From: a virus
Lineage: Duplodnaviria > Caudoviricetes
IMG/VR virus record: IMGVR_UViG_3300025389_000011
Length of the DNA stretch: 64,000 bases
Direction: 5' to 3' (one strand)
The notes under the pieces were generated by a model. The model saw only the letters and a program-made list of their open reading frames with translations, did no database searches and was not told the origin of the DNA. A program made the position numbers and the translations under genes. Shown piece by piece: positions 17,330-27,745 of the stretch (positions are counted from its first letter, which is position 1; every line of letters begins with the position of its first letter).

Positions 17330-19339
17330 TTACTTTCTGATAATTCTTAAGATCGCATCAAGGTCCTCTTGTCCCTCTTTCACATCTTTTTTGTGTGCTT
17401 TGTCCATTGCCTTGTTTAGTGCTTTTTCACCTTTCTTAACAACGTCTTTGGGCTTGGCTGCTTTAACGTAATGTTCTTTGCCACCTGATTCATCATCACT
17501 GATATTCCATCCAGGGGCACCTTTTTGACTCTTGTCCATTTCGTTGATTTTGCTTTCATTAGCACCAACTAGTTTACCGATATTGTTATTCTTAACTTTT
17601 TCGGTTGGGCCCAATTGTCCTACACGCTTTTGATTAGCATCTAGTTCTTCCGCTACACTTTGTTCTAATGCAGGTCCAACTTTAATACCCTTACTTGCCA
17701 ACAAGTCTTTGATATGACCGGCTCTTTCGCTGGCCGCTTCATATTCTTGTTGTGTCTTGGCATTTTTTACAGCCATGACCGCTTGTTGATATTGTTGTTG
17801 CCATTCTTGTTTGCTTGGTGGTTTGATAGATGACCCGTCTGGATAGTCACTTTCGTCAACTTCTTCAAATGTTTGTACTTCACCTTCTTCTCCAATTCCT
17901 ATTCTGCGTTTGATTTCACGCTTCATATAGTCATTGTCTTGTTTGTTAATCTTACCTGATTTGGTAACTCTAGGTGACATTTTTCGTTGTAATGGATCGA
18001 TATCAAAACTGTGATTGTCTCTTGGGAAATGCATTTTGCCTGCACCAGCTTCAACTGTGTCAGCAATCTTATCTCCAAACTCTTGTCTTATTTGAGCAAT
18101 TACTTCATCACTATCTGGGTACTCATCATTAAGACCATAATATGCTTCTGGGTCTACAGAGTCCTTATATTTGTCAATTAAATCATCTAATCTGGCACGT
18201 TGTGTGTCATCAAGACCTTCCGCTACTGCCTGAGGAACCATGTTGATAAAGTTTTCTTCTACTTCTTCATCTTCAGGAATGCCAACTGGATTGTTACTTT
18301 GCATTCCATCATCTTCTTCTAAATCTTGGTCTAGACTTTCAGCCCACTCTGCTAATTGGTTTAGTTCTCTATCAATTTTTGTCTCTGCTACTTTTTTGTG
18401 TAGTCTTGATAGTATAGGCATTACGCTTTCAATTCTTGGATCAACGGTTTCTTGTACAAACAACTCATTGATATTTTCACCTTCACTATCATCTTCCATT
18501 AATGGAGGAGTCCAGCTTTCAAAGTATGCGTTATAACCACGATGACCTGTCATTTTACTTAATGATTCACGTAATGTGTAGTAATGTTGTATACCACTTT
18601 CAACTAACTGTTGTGCTGATTCATTAAACTGTTGACCACGTGTAGCACGTACAAATCCTGCCATTTTTTGATATTCTTCGCATAAACTGCCAATATGATT
18701 CCAACGCTCATCATGTGGTTTACCACCTTCAGCAATATGTCGTGCATATACACGTGCAATGCCTGGTTTTAATGTTGGTGCTAAGAAACGTTCACCATCT
18801 TGATTCTCTAAAAAGATTTTAGCGATATTGCGATAACGTTGTTCACCTTCTTCAATTTGACGGGTATGTTGAATAACCATCTTGATAGTTGGAACACTAT
18901 CGCTATAACTTGCTTTTTTACCCATTGGGTAATATGCTTCTCCTAAATTATCTTTTTTCTTCATATGATTTCTCCTAGCCATATCTGGTGCCAATTGGTC
19001 TTGATTCTTTAATTGCCAACCTTTAAATCCGTTGCGTGTTTTCCATGATTTTAAATCTTCTACAAATCCCAGCCATGTGTCATTGTATCCTATACCTGGT
19101 GTTGGTGTTTCTGGACTGTCACCTACATCATCACCATAATACAATATCAATCTACGCTCATCATCAACTGTGGCAAAAACGTCTCCGTATTCTTTACCAT
19201 CCATAGTAAACTTAAATTTGAAAACGTCGGCATCGTCCTCTACTGGAGTCACTTTACCACTAGAATCTAATGGTTTTGGTGAATACTTCGATAACTTGTT
19301 GTATAATTTGCGGTTGAGTGTTTCTGTATTAATTGGCAT
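17330..19339 (-). CDS. Putative late virion/head internal protein
   Basis: 669 aa, acidic low-complexity segments, TAAATA at 19344-19349, follows terminase. Confidence 0.55.
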   Translation of the reverse strand: MPINTETLNRKLYNKLSKYSPKPLDSSGKVTPVEDDADVFKFKFTMDGKEYGDVFATVDDERRLILYYGDDVGDSPETPTPGIGYNDTWLGFVEDLKSWKTRNGFKGWQLKNQDQLAPDMARRNHMKKKDNLGEAYYPMGKKASYSDSVPTIKMVIQHTRQIEEGEQRYRNIAKIFLENQDGERFLAPTLKPGIARVYARHIAEGGKPHDERWNHIGSLCEEYQKMAGFVRATRGQQFNESAQQLVESGIQHYYTLRESLSKMTGHRGYNAYFESWTPPLMEDDSEGENINELFVQETVDPRIESVMPILSRLHKKVAETKIDRELNQLAEWAESLDQDLEEDDGMQSNNPVGIPEDEEVEENFINMVPQAVAEGLDDTQRARLDDLIDKYKDSVDPEAYYGLNDEYPDSDEVIAQIRQEFGDKIADTVEAGAGKMHFPRDNHSFDIDPLQRKMSPRVTKSGKINKQDNDYMKREIKRRIGIGEEGEVQTFEEVDESDYPDGSSIKPPSKQEWQQQYQQAVMAVKNAKTQQEYEAASERAGHIKDLLASKGIKVGPALEQSVAEELDANQKRVGQLGPTEKVKNNNIGKLVGANESKINEMDKSQKGAPGWNISDDESGGKEHYVKAAKPKDVVKKGEKALNKAMDKAHKKDVKEGQEDLDAILRIIRK

Positions 19340-19358
19340 AATGTATTTATCTAATTTC

Positions 19359-20909
19359 TTATCCCATTACGGCAAAGAAGGGTAATGGTGCTATCATTTC
19401 TTCGTGGTCACGTACATAGTTGTCTAACTCTAAATGATATGATCCTAATTCTTGTATAATTCTAACAGTTAATAGTGTTGCCATAATCAAGTCATCAGTA
19501 TCACCTATCTTAGCGGCATAACTACCACCATGTGCTACAAACGCTTTCAATTCAGTTATAAGACTACGACTATTTATTTTCATCTTTTTGCTTTCAAGTA
19601 GCGTTTTAAATTTAGCACATGCTGTTAATTTACTTTTATTTGTTGTGTTAAAACCTTTGCGTTTTTTACCTGGCTCACTCATAAATATGCCAGGTATATT
19701 ATTTTCCCCATATTCATTTAATGACACTAATGCGGCTTCACCAATGCTGTTGTTTTCTATGCTATAATATAGACTGTTAGGTTCATTTGTACATTCTACT
19801 ATGTACTTATTGATTTGTGCTATCAGTTTAATTTGATTGGGGATATCCGTTCTATTGTGCTTCCATTCACCTATTTGTGTAAGTGTGTTTGCTTCAAACA
19901 CTTGTATACCTGCAGGATCGCCACCTGTACCTAGGCTTGGGTCTAGCCCAACTACATATAAATTTCCTTTAGTTGGTTTCTTATACCAGCGTATTTGCCC
20001 CATTCTTTCAATAGGTTCCATGCCTTCTAGTGTAATTAAGGTGTTAGGATTAATCAATGTTTCATCAGCAATAATGAACTCACAACCAATTTCTCGGTTG
20101 AAACGATCCTCACCTAATTGTGCTTTCATTTGGTCAGCCCAAACTTGGTCACGTCCTGGTTGTTCATTCCAATATGCACGATATGCTTTGAAACCGTTTA
20201 CACCTAATTCAGTTTGATTACCAAACTCATCTTCTGTTTTATTAGCACCTTTCCAAATGTACGCAAATTGATCCTCGTCACTATTTGGTGTACTTGTAAT
20301 AATCGCTTTACCACCAGTTGCTAGTGTTGGTGTAATAGCAGTCCAGAATTCTTTGGCAATGCTTGGTCTTACGAATGCAAACTCATCAAGATACAATAGT
20401 GTAATAGACATACCACGACCTGTATTTTCAGTAGTTGTTGCACTAACAATACGACTACCGTTTTCAAAGTCTAGTGATCCTTTGTTGTATGTAGTTACAC
20501 CTGCTTTAATGTGGTCGGGACAGTTTTCATATGCATAACGTATACGTTGCATAATCTCCTGTGAACCTGTGTATTTGTGTGCGGCAATTAGAATCGTACT
20601 ATCTGGTACAAACATTGCGTACCATAATAAGTAACCCGCGGCACTTGTTGATTTACCACTCTGTCGAGGCATCAAGCTAATACTATAACGATATTTGTGA
20701 TATGTTTCAATCAATCGTTCTTGATATGGCCAAGGATGATACAACATACTACCTTTTGTAGGATGTTGTATATAGAAAAAGTTATCCATGAAGTATAGAT
20801 AACCTGTATCAGGGTCACAACATTTTACAAAGTCTTGTAATTGTTGTTGTGTAAAAGTTGTCTTTTTATAAGGTGTCTTTACCAAAGACGTAGCATTAGT
20901 TGTAGCCAT
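19359..20909 (-). CDS. 17: Terminase large subunit, T4 gp17-like
   Basis: PRQSGKST, LDEFAF, ITSTPNG-like, GLDPSLG, DDLIMA. Confidence 0.95.
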   Translation of the reverse strand: MATTNATSLVKTPYKKTTFTQQQLQDFVKCCDPDTGYLYFMDNFFYIQHPTKGSMLYHPWPYQERLIETYHKYRYSISLMPRQSGKSTSAAGYLLWYAMFVPDSTILIAAHKYTGSQEIMQRIRYAYENCPDHIKAGVTTYNKGSLDFENGSRIVSATTTENTGRGMSITLLYLDEFAFVRPSIAKEFWTAITPTLATGGKAIITSTPNSDEDQFAYIWKGANKTEDEFGNQTELGVNGFKAYRAYWNEQPGRDQVWADQMKAQLGEDRFNREIGCEFIIADETLINPNTLITLEGMEPIERMGQIRWYKKPTKGNLYVVGLDPSLGTGGDPAGIQVFEANTLTQIGEWKHNRTDIPNQIKLIAQINKYIVECTNEPNSLYYSIENNSIGEAALVSLNEYGENNIPGIFMSEPGKKRKGFNTTNKSKLTACAKFKTLLESKKMKINSRSLITELKAFVAHGGSYAAKIGDTDDLIMATLLTVRIIQELGSYHLELDNYVRDHEEMIAPLPFFAVMG

Positions 20910-20952
20910 AACGTATTTAGCTAAAACTACGACTATTTAGAAAAAGGTTTAG

Positions 20953-21663
20953 TTATTTAATATCCAACGGTCGTTGTTTAGTAGCTACAATAATATAGAA
21001 AGTTTCGTCTACTTTTTTTCTTTCACCATCTGGATTGTTCATATCTACTGGATACTCTACATCAAATGTAAATGTTTGGAAACTATCAATATTAAATCCT
21101 GTACGTTGTATCAATGCACCTAATTGATTTTTACCAAGAATACTATAGTGATTTAAATTAAACTCATGTTGTCTGTCACAGTCAGGGGCAGGTACTTCAA
21201 TGTAAATTTTACCAAACTGTTTTAGTACACGATTGTATTCCATTAAACTAAAGATAGGATATGGACTATGCTCTAATGCTTGACGTAAGAAAATAAAATC
21301 TACACTTTCGTCATGATAACCATCTTTTTGTGGTAAGAAACTTAAATCATACTTTTTAATTGTATGACCTTTGTCTTCACATTTTTTAACATCACCGGGA
21401 CTTAGTGTTACACCAGTTAAATTTGTATACCCACGTTCTTTCATTTCATCTAAGAAATAACCAGGACCACATCCTAAATCTAAGATAGTAGCATTTTTCG
21501 GTAAGTTTAGTGGATCAATATAGTCTTTAACCATTTTTGCGGTTAGACTTTTGTGCATTTGGCTATCGCCCTCATCATAGATGTGAGCAGTATATAACCA
21601 TTCGTTATAAAATTTTAATTTAACTAGGTCAAGTGTTTGGTTGATATCAATCATGTCTTTCAT
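20953..21663 (-). CDS. Class I SAM-dependent methyltransferase
   Basis: ILDLGCGPG, LEHSPYP...RVLKQFG. Confidence 0.85.
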   Translation of the reverse strand: MKDMIDINQTLDLVKLKFYNEWLYTAHIYDEGDSQMHKSLTAKMVKDYIDPLNLPKNATILDLGCGPGYFLDEMKERGYTNLTGVTLSPGDVKKCEDKGHTIKKYDLSFLPQKDGYHDESVDFIFLRQALEHSPYPIFSLMEYNRVLKQFGKIYIEVPAPDCDRQHEFNLNHYSILGKNQLGALIQRTGFNIDSFQTFTFDVEYPVDMNNPDGERKKVDETFYIIVATKQRPLDIK

Positions 21664-21717
21664 TGAGAATAATCCTTAAATAGATATTATTACTTATTCT
21701 CAATAAGATGTCAACAA

Positions 21718-22092
21718 TTATTTTCTTTTGTAACCTTTAAAGGGCTTTGTAACACTTTGTTTATTAGTGTCAGCCATTTCAGTACTGCCCATTGGTGTTA
21801 ACATTTTTCCACCAGCTTCTCTGCCAAATGCTTTTTCAGCTTGTCTAACCATATCTGCTTCTGCTTTAGTATATGCAACTGTTATCAATGCTTGTCCGTT
21901 TGGACCTTCTCTTTCAGGTTCATGCTCATATGGATTTTTTCCATCTGCACCTGCTAAGTAATGTGCAGAATAACGCCATGGATGATATGGACTACTGTTA
22001 TCTAAGTTAGGATGCGAACGCATTCCCGGTGTAGCGTCTTGGTGACTCTCTGGAAATTTTTGATTTTCCGTAACGAATTCGTTTGCTCTCAT
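21718..22092 (-). CDS. Hypothetical late protein (MRANEF-type N-terminus)
   Basis: 124-aa ORF following the gp9/10-like gene. Confidence 0.65.
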   Translation of the reverse strand: MRANEFVTENQKFPESHQDATPGMRSHPNLDNSSPYHPWRYSAHYLAGADGKNPYEHEPEREGPNGQALITVAYTKAEADMVRQAEKAFGREAGGKMLTPMGSTEMADTNKQSVTKPFKGYKRK

Positions 22093-22093
22093 A

Positions 22094-22924
22094 TTATTGC
22101 TCCGTAGATATGGTAAATTCTAAATCTTCTGTGGCCATATCACTATCTATGTACCCATCTAATTGTATATCTAATCCACCTATTGTATTACCAATGTAAG
22201 TAACCTGAGATGCAATAAAATGCAATAGCACTTCATTAACTATAGGATTTGCTAATACCCTAACGTTACCTGCTGTTACATCCATTGAATAACGTGTTAA
22301 TGCGTTACCTGAAAAAGTAGTGCCGTACCCCGTCCATTTAACATCTAAATTATTATTTGTAATTTGTGCTGAAAGTATAACATCTTGGCTATCAGCAGTT
22401 GATGTATCACTACTGCGAATTTGAAAATTGCCTTGTGTAAAACTAGTAACAGGAATTTCACATAATACTTGATTGGCATCTAAACCTACAGTATAAGTTG
22501 TGAAAGTGTTTGTGGTTGTAAAGAAAAGATTACTAAAGTTATTATTAATCTTTTGGAAAGCTGTACGTAAAGGATCACCTTCACCGTCATTAGGTGTTGT
22601 ACCAATGTTAATATATTGCTGATTACCGTATGGACCTTGTGGTGTTGTGTCAAATGACAACATTTTTGCAGTTGGATTTTCAATAACTGCGGGTAAATTA
22701 TTAATATATAAATTGTTGGTAATATTTATATTACCAGAGTACTCTGGGCTAACATTAGCAGTAATTTCTGGAAATTGATTAGGATCAACCAACTCTACAT
22801 TGGCTGTTGGAACCAATGCCATTAGATTTGCAAAGTTATTATTAATTTTGTCAAACGCTACACGTAAAGGATCACCCGTGCCATCGTTTGGTAAACTACC
22901 TGTATCAATGATTTGTTGAGTCAT
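22094..22924 (-). CDS. Baseplate wedge gp9/gp10-like protein
   Basis: Two copies of G..PNDG.GDPLR.AF.KINNNF; TAAATA at 22946-22951. Confidence 0.7.
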   Translation of the reverse strand: MTQQIIDTGSLPNDGTGDPLRVAFDKINNNFANLMALVPTANVELVDPNQFPEITANVSPEYSGNINITNNLYINNLPAVIENPTAKMLSFDTTPQGPYGNQQYINIGTTPNDGEGDPLRTAFQKINNNFSNLFFTTTNTFTTYTVGLDANQVLCEIPVTSFTQGNFQIRSSDTSTADSQDVILSAQITNNNLDVKWTGYGTTFSGNALTRYSMDVTAGNVRVLANPIVNEVLLHFIASQVTYIGNTIGGLDIQLDGYIDSDMATEDLEFTISTEQ

Positions 22925-22965
22925 AATTATCCTAGAGATATAAAGTATTTATCTCTTTAATAGGA

Positions 22966-23241
22966 TTATTTATTGAACTTGTCCCAAAGACTTTTTTGAG
23001 TATTGTACCATTCTACCCAACCGTCTACTTTAAGTGAACATTCATGATATTGAGTATAGTTTTTGACTACCGTATCAGCAACTGTGCTTAGTTTGCTGTC
23101 ATTAGGTAATTGATTTAATTCTGGGCATGTAACAAGCAATTGTTCAGGAACATCAGGAAATTTGTTAGTAATAGGTACACCAACTTTAGTAGTAGAACAA
23201 CCTGCTAACAATACTGCAAAGATAATAGTAGCATATTTCAT
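22966..23241 (-). CDS. Outer-membrane lipoprotein o-spanin (Rz1-like)
   Basis: Lipobox LLAGC, Pro-rich segment, CP and HEC..K motif. Confidence 0.75.
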   Translation of the reverse strand: MKYATIIFAVLLAGCSTTKVGVPITNKFPDVPEQLLVTCPELNQLPNDSKLSTVADTVVKNYTQYHECSLKVDGWVEWYNTQKSLWDKFNK

Positions 23242-23693
23242 TTTAATGTGTCCTTGGATTGTTTACTAGCCGCTTGATTGTGTGCGTCTACAAATGCTTG
23301 TGGGATTTCACATTTGCTGTCATATTTTGTTACTTCTCTATCAACATAACGAACTATATCATCACCGCGTGTTTTATAATATTGCGTTTTTGTAATTACT
23401 TTTGTAACTATTTTTACGTTTTCTTTTTCTGATTCTGCTTGTACTTGTGCTACCTTAGCCTGTGCTTCTGCGGCTTCAACTTTGAATTCTGCACGTCCAG
23501 CTAAATCACCTTCAATATATATACCGGCTATAATTAATACTATGCTGATTGCTCTTACGGGAGTTACGTATATTTTAAGATACGGGAGTAATTCTAGTAT
23601 TGAGCCAACTAATGCTCCCACTATACCTATTATTAGTATTGAATGATACATCCACATAGGGATGGTTATTTGAGAAAATATAAATGACATCAT
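23238..23693 (-). CDS. Inner-membrane i-spanin (Rz-like)
   Basis: N-terminal TM segments, coiled coil, KCEIP near C-terminus, 4-nt overlap with the lipoprotein gene. Confidence 0.7.
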   Translation of the reverse strand: MMSFIFSQITIPMWMYHSILIIGIVGALVGSILELLPYLKIYVTPVRAISIVLIIAGIYIEGDLAGRAEFKVEAAEAQAKVAQVQAESEKENVKIVTKVITKTQYYKTRGDDIVRYVDREVTKYDSKCEIPQAFVDAHNQAASKQSKDTLK

Positions 23694-23701
23694 GCATATA
23701 T

Positions 23702-24712
23702 TTATGCAATTTTGAAAAAGGGATCGTTCTTAAGCCAATTATAATAGATTTCAAATCCTTCAGCTACGTCTACTTTAGGATCATAATTAAAGTCTTTTTT
23801 AGCGGCAGTACAATCTAATGCACCTCTGCTAGGAAAATCAAAGTCTTTATCACGTACTTCAATTGTGCCACGCCCGGCTAATGATACTGCTATTGATGCG
23901 GCATCATATAAAGTAACTGCATGACTTTTTGTAATGTTATATGTTTTATTGTCTGTGTTGTCACTTAATGATGCGGATACGATACCATCTGCGGCATCAT
24001 CTACGTAGGTGAAATCCAATGTCTCTGTACGTCCGTTAACTTTAAGTATTCCACCACGCATTGCTGTTAGTAAGAATTTACTAATTACTCTGTCTTCAAC
24101 ATCAAGAGGTCCGTATACTGCACTAGGGCGAATTATTGTATATGCTAAATTTTTACGTGCGTAATCTTTAACAAGATGTTCACCTGCAAGTTTCATAATA
24201 CCATATTGACCAATTGGATTACAAATTGCATCTTCTTTTACAACTCCAGTAAAGTCACCATACACCATTGAACTGCTGATATAAATGAATTTTCTAACTT
24301 CATACTTATTACTAGCTTCCAACAAGTTGAGTAATCCTTCACTCATCGTTCTGCTACCAAGTGCAGGATTTGCATTAACTACTTTTTGTCTTGGAAAACT
24401 AGCCATGTGAATTACAATCTCAGGTTCTTCAATTGCAAAAGTTCTATCTACTTTTTCTGCATCACATATATCTCTCAACCAAACTTCACTCTTAAATTTC
24501 TTGGCACGTTGTGTTAATAGGTAATCAATTTCATCTTGAGGTATAATACCGTAATTTGTTTGTGTGTCCATGATACATACATCATGTCCAAGGTCTTCTA
24601 ATCTACTAACAACGTTGTGTCCAATAAGACCGCACCCACCTGTTACTAAAATCTTCATAAGAAAAATATACCTTTTATATACAATCCACTCATAATCATG
24701 TTTAGTAACCAC
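23702..24712 (-). CDS. NAD-dependent epimerase/dehydratase (extended SDR); true start probably MKILVTGG
   Basis: TGGCGLIG, SSSMVYG, YGIMK, DFTYVDD. Confidence 0.9.
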   Translation of the reverse strand: MVTKHDYEWIVYKRYIFLMKILVTGGCGLIGHNVVSRLEDLGHDVCIMDTQTNYGIIPQDEIDYLLTQRAKKFKSEVWLRDICDAEKVDRTFAIEEPEIVIHMASFPRQKVVNANPALGSRTMSEGLLNLLEASNKYEVRKFIYISSSMVYGDFTGVVKEDAICNPIGQYGIMKLAGEHLVKDYARKNLAYTIIRPSAVYGPLDVEDRVISKFLLTAMRGGILKVNGRTETLDFTYVDDAADGIVSASLSDNTDNKTYNITKSHAVTLYDAASIAVSLAGRGTIEVRDKDFDFPSRGALDCTAAKKDFNYDPKVDVAEGFEIYYNWLKNDPFFKIA

Positions 24713-24876
24713 ATACTAGGTTGTTTCCACATGACACCTAACCAACCCCAAAGAATAGCGGTAATCAATCCAAAATATTTATTGATCGGTGTAATATCAT
24801 GTGAAGTTAAGTATACTGTTACTAATGCTAATAGTGTTGCACCCCACTTGACACAAAATTCTAATTTATTATTCAA
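24655..24876 (-). CDS. Small multi-pass membrane protein
   Basis: 73 aa, three hydrophobic segments. Confidence 0.6.
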   Translation of the reverse strand: MNNKLEFCVKWGATLLALVTVYLTSHDITPINKYFGLITAILWGWLGVMWKQPSMWLLNMIMSGLYIKGIFFL

Positions 24877-25117
24877 ACTTTAACCTAAAATATGTTAATT
24901 GCTTTGGGGTAAGATATGCTGTAATTGTGTACAGATAGCCCCATGTATTAGGGTGTCTATGCCAAATAGGTTTTTCTATAGTGCAATTTTCCATTACCCA
25001 CTTGCCAGCATCAGTTTGTTGCCATTTCCAAATGGGTTCGGCAACAAACAAGTCAGGGTCTTCCACGTCACCCATGTTAATTTTATGTACTATATATGGT
25101 ATTACTTCTTCTGTCAT
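24869..25117 (-). CDS. Small hypothetical protein (paralog family)
   Basis: Ends YLTPKQLTYFRLKFE. Confidence 0.7.
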   Translation of the reverse strand: MTEEVIPYIVHKINMGDVEDPDLFVAEPIWKWQQTDAGKWVMENCTIEKPIWHRHPNTWGYLYTITAYLTPKQLTYFRLKFE

Positions 25118-26025
25118 ACTGCCATCGGTGCCTTAATTGAGTCCATTGATTTATAATCTATTAATTTTACATCACTCATAGTGAATTTGTCAATAGATGT
25201 TACATCTGGATTCAACCAAAGTGTCGGTGGCTGTAATGGTGTACGTATAAGTTGTTCTTTAACTTGGTCGATGTGATTATTATAAATGTGCGTGTCACCT
25301 GTACTAATAATCAATTCACCAACCTTTAGTCCACATACATGTGCAATCATGTGTGTTAGTAATGCATAACTTGCAATGTTAAATGGTAGTCCCAAGAATA
25401 CATCTACGCTACGTTGATACATATGGCAACTTAGTTCGCCACTTTTACTTACATTAAATTGGCTCATAACATGACAGGGTGGTAATGCCATTTCATCTAA
25501 CTCACCTGCATTCCAAGCATTGATAATATGTCTACGACCATATGGGTCTTTTTTAATACCATCAATTAAATTTGAGAGTTGATCCGTTTCTTTGAAGTGT
25601 ACGTGACCTTGTCTGTGGAACCAATGGCCGAATTCATTCTTAAATGATTCCGTTTTATGTTCAATCGGTGTCTTCCAATGCCTCCACTGTACCCCGTAGA
25701 CACGACCCAAGTCGCCCTCAAATTTCGCTTTGTGTTTCCAATACGGTGCCAATGCGTTCGGCGTCCAAATCGTAGTCGTACCTTCTTTGTTTCCGTGTGT
25801 GATTTCTGCAAGACGCCTTTCATCACCACTGCCTTCAATAAACCAAAGAAGTTCACCGACGCAAGCCTTCCATGCAAGTTTTTTAGTAGTGACAGCGGGA
25901 AAAGATTTACGCAAATCAAAGCGAACACTACGTCCAAACACACTAATGGTACCCACACCAGTTCTATCATCTTTGGTTTCTCCGTTATCTAAAATGTCTT
26001 GCAACAAATCTAAATACTGTTTCAT
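25114..26025 (-). CDS. thyA: Thymidylate synthase
   Basis: DRTGVGT, ELLWF, MALPPCH, YQRSVD, PFNIASY, GDTHIY. Confidence 0.97.
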   Translation of the reverse strand: MKQYLDLLQDILDNGETKDDRTGVGTISVFGRSVRFDLRKSFPAVTTKKLAWKACVGELLWFIEGSGDERRLAEITHGNKEGTTTIWTPNALAPYWKHKAKFEGDLGRVYGVQWRHWKTPIEHKTESFKNEFGHWFHRQGHVHFKETDQLSNLIDGIKKDPYGRRHIINAWNAGELDEMALPPCHVMSQFNVSKSGELSCHMYQRSVDVFLGLPFNIASYALLTHMIAHVCGLKVGELIISTGDTHIYNNHIDQVKEQLIRTPLQPPTLWLNPDVTSIDKFTMSDVKLIDYKSMDSIKAPMAV

Positions 26026-26318
26026 AGCTTACCTAATAATTTATCCGTTTCAGGTTGAACAACATCTGCAATAGATTGTACGTTTAATATAAACTCCATG
26101 CTAACGATTTCATCATCTAATTCATGTAGTTTTCTACTAACTGCTTCCTCTATTTGGTCAGGGTCTAACCCTTGTTTTAGAAAACGTTCAATATTAATTG
26201 TATGTTGACGTTTGCCGTCCAATTTAATTACTAGTTTTCTAATAAACTGAACTGGAATTTTTTGTTTTTCAACATCTTCAAGGATGTGTTCCCATTTTTC
26301 AATGAACTCTGGACTCAT
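26022..26318 (-). CDS. Hypothetical protein
   Basis: 98-aa ORF, overlapping junctions. Confidence 0.7.
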   Translation of the reverse strand: MSPEFIEKWEHILEDVEKQKIPVQFIRKLVIKLDGKRQHTINIERFLKQGLDPDQIEEAVSRKLHELDDEIVSMEFILNVQSIADVVQPETDKLLGKL

Positions 26319-27022
26319 TATGCACTAACTTTAGCTTTTTTATTGTATGCTCTTTTTGCCTTAGGGGCTTCTACTGCTGGTTTTACTGGATCCATTTGTG
26401 CGGCTTCTTTTTCTAATCTAGCAGCCTCAGCTAATAATCCTTTTGCTTCCGAGGCCATTTTAGCAGCCTGTTGACGCAAATTATTTGCAATAGCATTGTC
26501 ACCCAATGCATCATTGCTAGTTGCAGTTAATGGTGCTACGGGTGGTGTATTAGTTGCAGGAACTTTTGCATCACGTGTTTGTTGCTCACGCATTCTACGT
26601 GCTACATCAGTTGGATCTTGTAATCCGCGGCTCTTGTCTAATTCAGCTAAACGCTTAACAGCCTCTTCACCTTTTTCCATTTCACTTAAAATCTTGTTAA
26701 GTTCACTTAACTTGACTTTGCTCTGTGGATTAGGAGTAACAACAACTTGCTCTGTTTGTACCTTCTTTAACAAACCTTCTGCATGAAGTGTTTGTAGAAT
26801 AGGTCTGCCATCTAATCCTAGTGTGCGATTCAATGCATCAGCTAGTGATTGACTGTTTTGGCCAATATCACTTTCAATACAACGAATCAATGGATCATGA
26901 ATGTGTTGATTCAATGTTTCTGTATATGTGACTAAACACATATGTGGTTCACCAGGGATCTCACGAAAAATGATTGCCACTTTTCTATCACCCATTTTAC
27001 CAACGTGTCGTAAAAAACTCAT
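26318..27022 (-). CDS. Hypothetical protein with coiled-coil C-terminus
   Basis: 234 aa, GAGGAG RBS, TAAATA at 27048-27053. Confidence 0.75.
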   Translation of the reverse strand: MSFLRHVGKMGDRKVAIIFREIPGEPHMCLVTYTETLNQHIHDPLIRCIESDIGQNSQSLADALNRTLGLDGRPILQTLHAEGLLKKVQTEQVVVTPNPQSKVKLSELNKILSEMEKGEEAVKRLAELDKSRGLQDPTDVARRMREQQTRDAKVPATNTPPVAPLTATSNDALGDNAIANNLRQQAAKMASEAKGLLAEAARLEKEAAQMDPVKPAVEAPKAKRAYNKKAKVSA

Positions 27023-27080
27023 ATTATTCTCCTCGAGTAGTTAAAGATATTTAACTTGAGAAAGTTTGCCCAATATATTT

Positions 27081-27377
27081 TTAGGACCAAACTAATTCAT
27101 AGGCGATTGCCTCTTTAGGATCTTCAAATGCAGGATATCCATTGAAGCCTAAAATTTGTAAAAATTCCATGTCATCTTTAACTTTATGCACGACAGAAAA
27201 TCTACCCCTAAGTTTATTCATTATCCAAATTCTAGACTCTTCGGTTAATTTGGTATTAGCAACAACAAAGTGCTTGGGGGTAAATTTTAACTCACGTCCA
27301 CTATACCAGGTTATTGGATCTGCAATATATTCTTCTATCATTGTGTAAGAGACACTAGCATCTTTAATTGTTCCCAT
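27081..27377 (-). CDS. Small hypothetical protein (paralog-family-like tail)
   Basis: Ends AFEDPKEAIAYELVWS; true start probably the second Met. Confidence 0.6.
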   Translation of the reverse strand: MGTIKDASVSYTMIEEYIADPITWYSGRELKFTPKHFVVANTKLTEESRIWIMNKLRGRFSVVHKVKDDMEFLQILGFNGYPAFEDPKEAIAYELVWS

Positions 27378-27745
27378 GTATTCTTAATTACCGGAATATT
27401 CATTTTTCTAGGTGGCAATACTTCTATCCAAATATTTTCCCCTAAATCAGGATGCACATAACCTTGGTCGGCTCCATAGGTTCTAGGTTGATGTATCTTT
27501 CCTTGCATCCAAAGTTTAGCGCCCAAATCTTGCACACTTTCTAGTGAGTATTCTGTTAAGTCGTAGCCTGAGGCATTTCTAGAATAAGGGTTACCTTGAT
27601 TATAGTAACCTTCTAATACGGCTAGTAGTTTAGAAATGTCAGGGCAGTCGGTACGTGTAACAATGAATAAAACATCATCCAAGGACACTTCGCCTGCTAG
27701 AATAGATTTTACACAACGACCTAGGCTTGTTCCAATGTACATCAT
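27338..27745 (-). CDS. Hypothetical protein
   Basis: 135 aa, YIGTSLGRC N-terminus. Confidence 0.7.
   Translation of the reverse strand: MMYIGTSLGRCVKSILAGEVSLDDVLFIVTRTDCPDISKLLAVLEGYYNQGNPYSRNASGYDLTEYSLESVQDLGAKLWMQGKIHQPRTYGADQGYVHPDLGENIWIEVLPPRKMNIPVIKNTWEQLKMLVSLTQ

Noticed and set aside
19359-20909. Intein or intron in terminase, uvsX, uvsW or thyA
   Set aside because: Lengths are normal and motifs contiguous; ThyA has only a ~20-aa loop insertion
22966-24876. Complete lysis cassette
   Set aside because: Only spanins are recognisable; no endolysin seen, and the 73-aa membrane protein cannot be assigned as a holin from sequence
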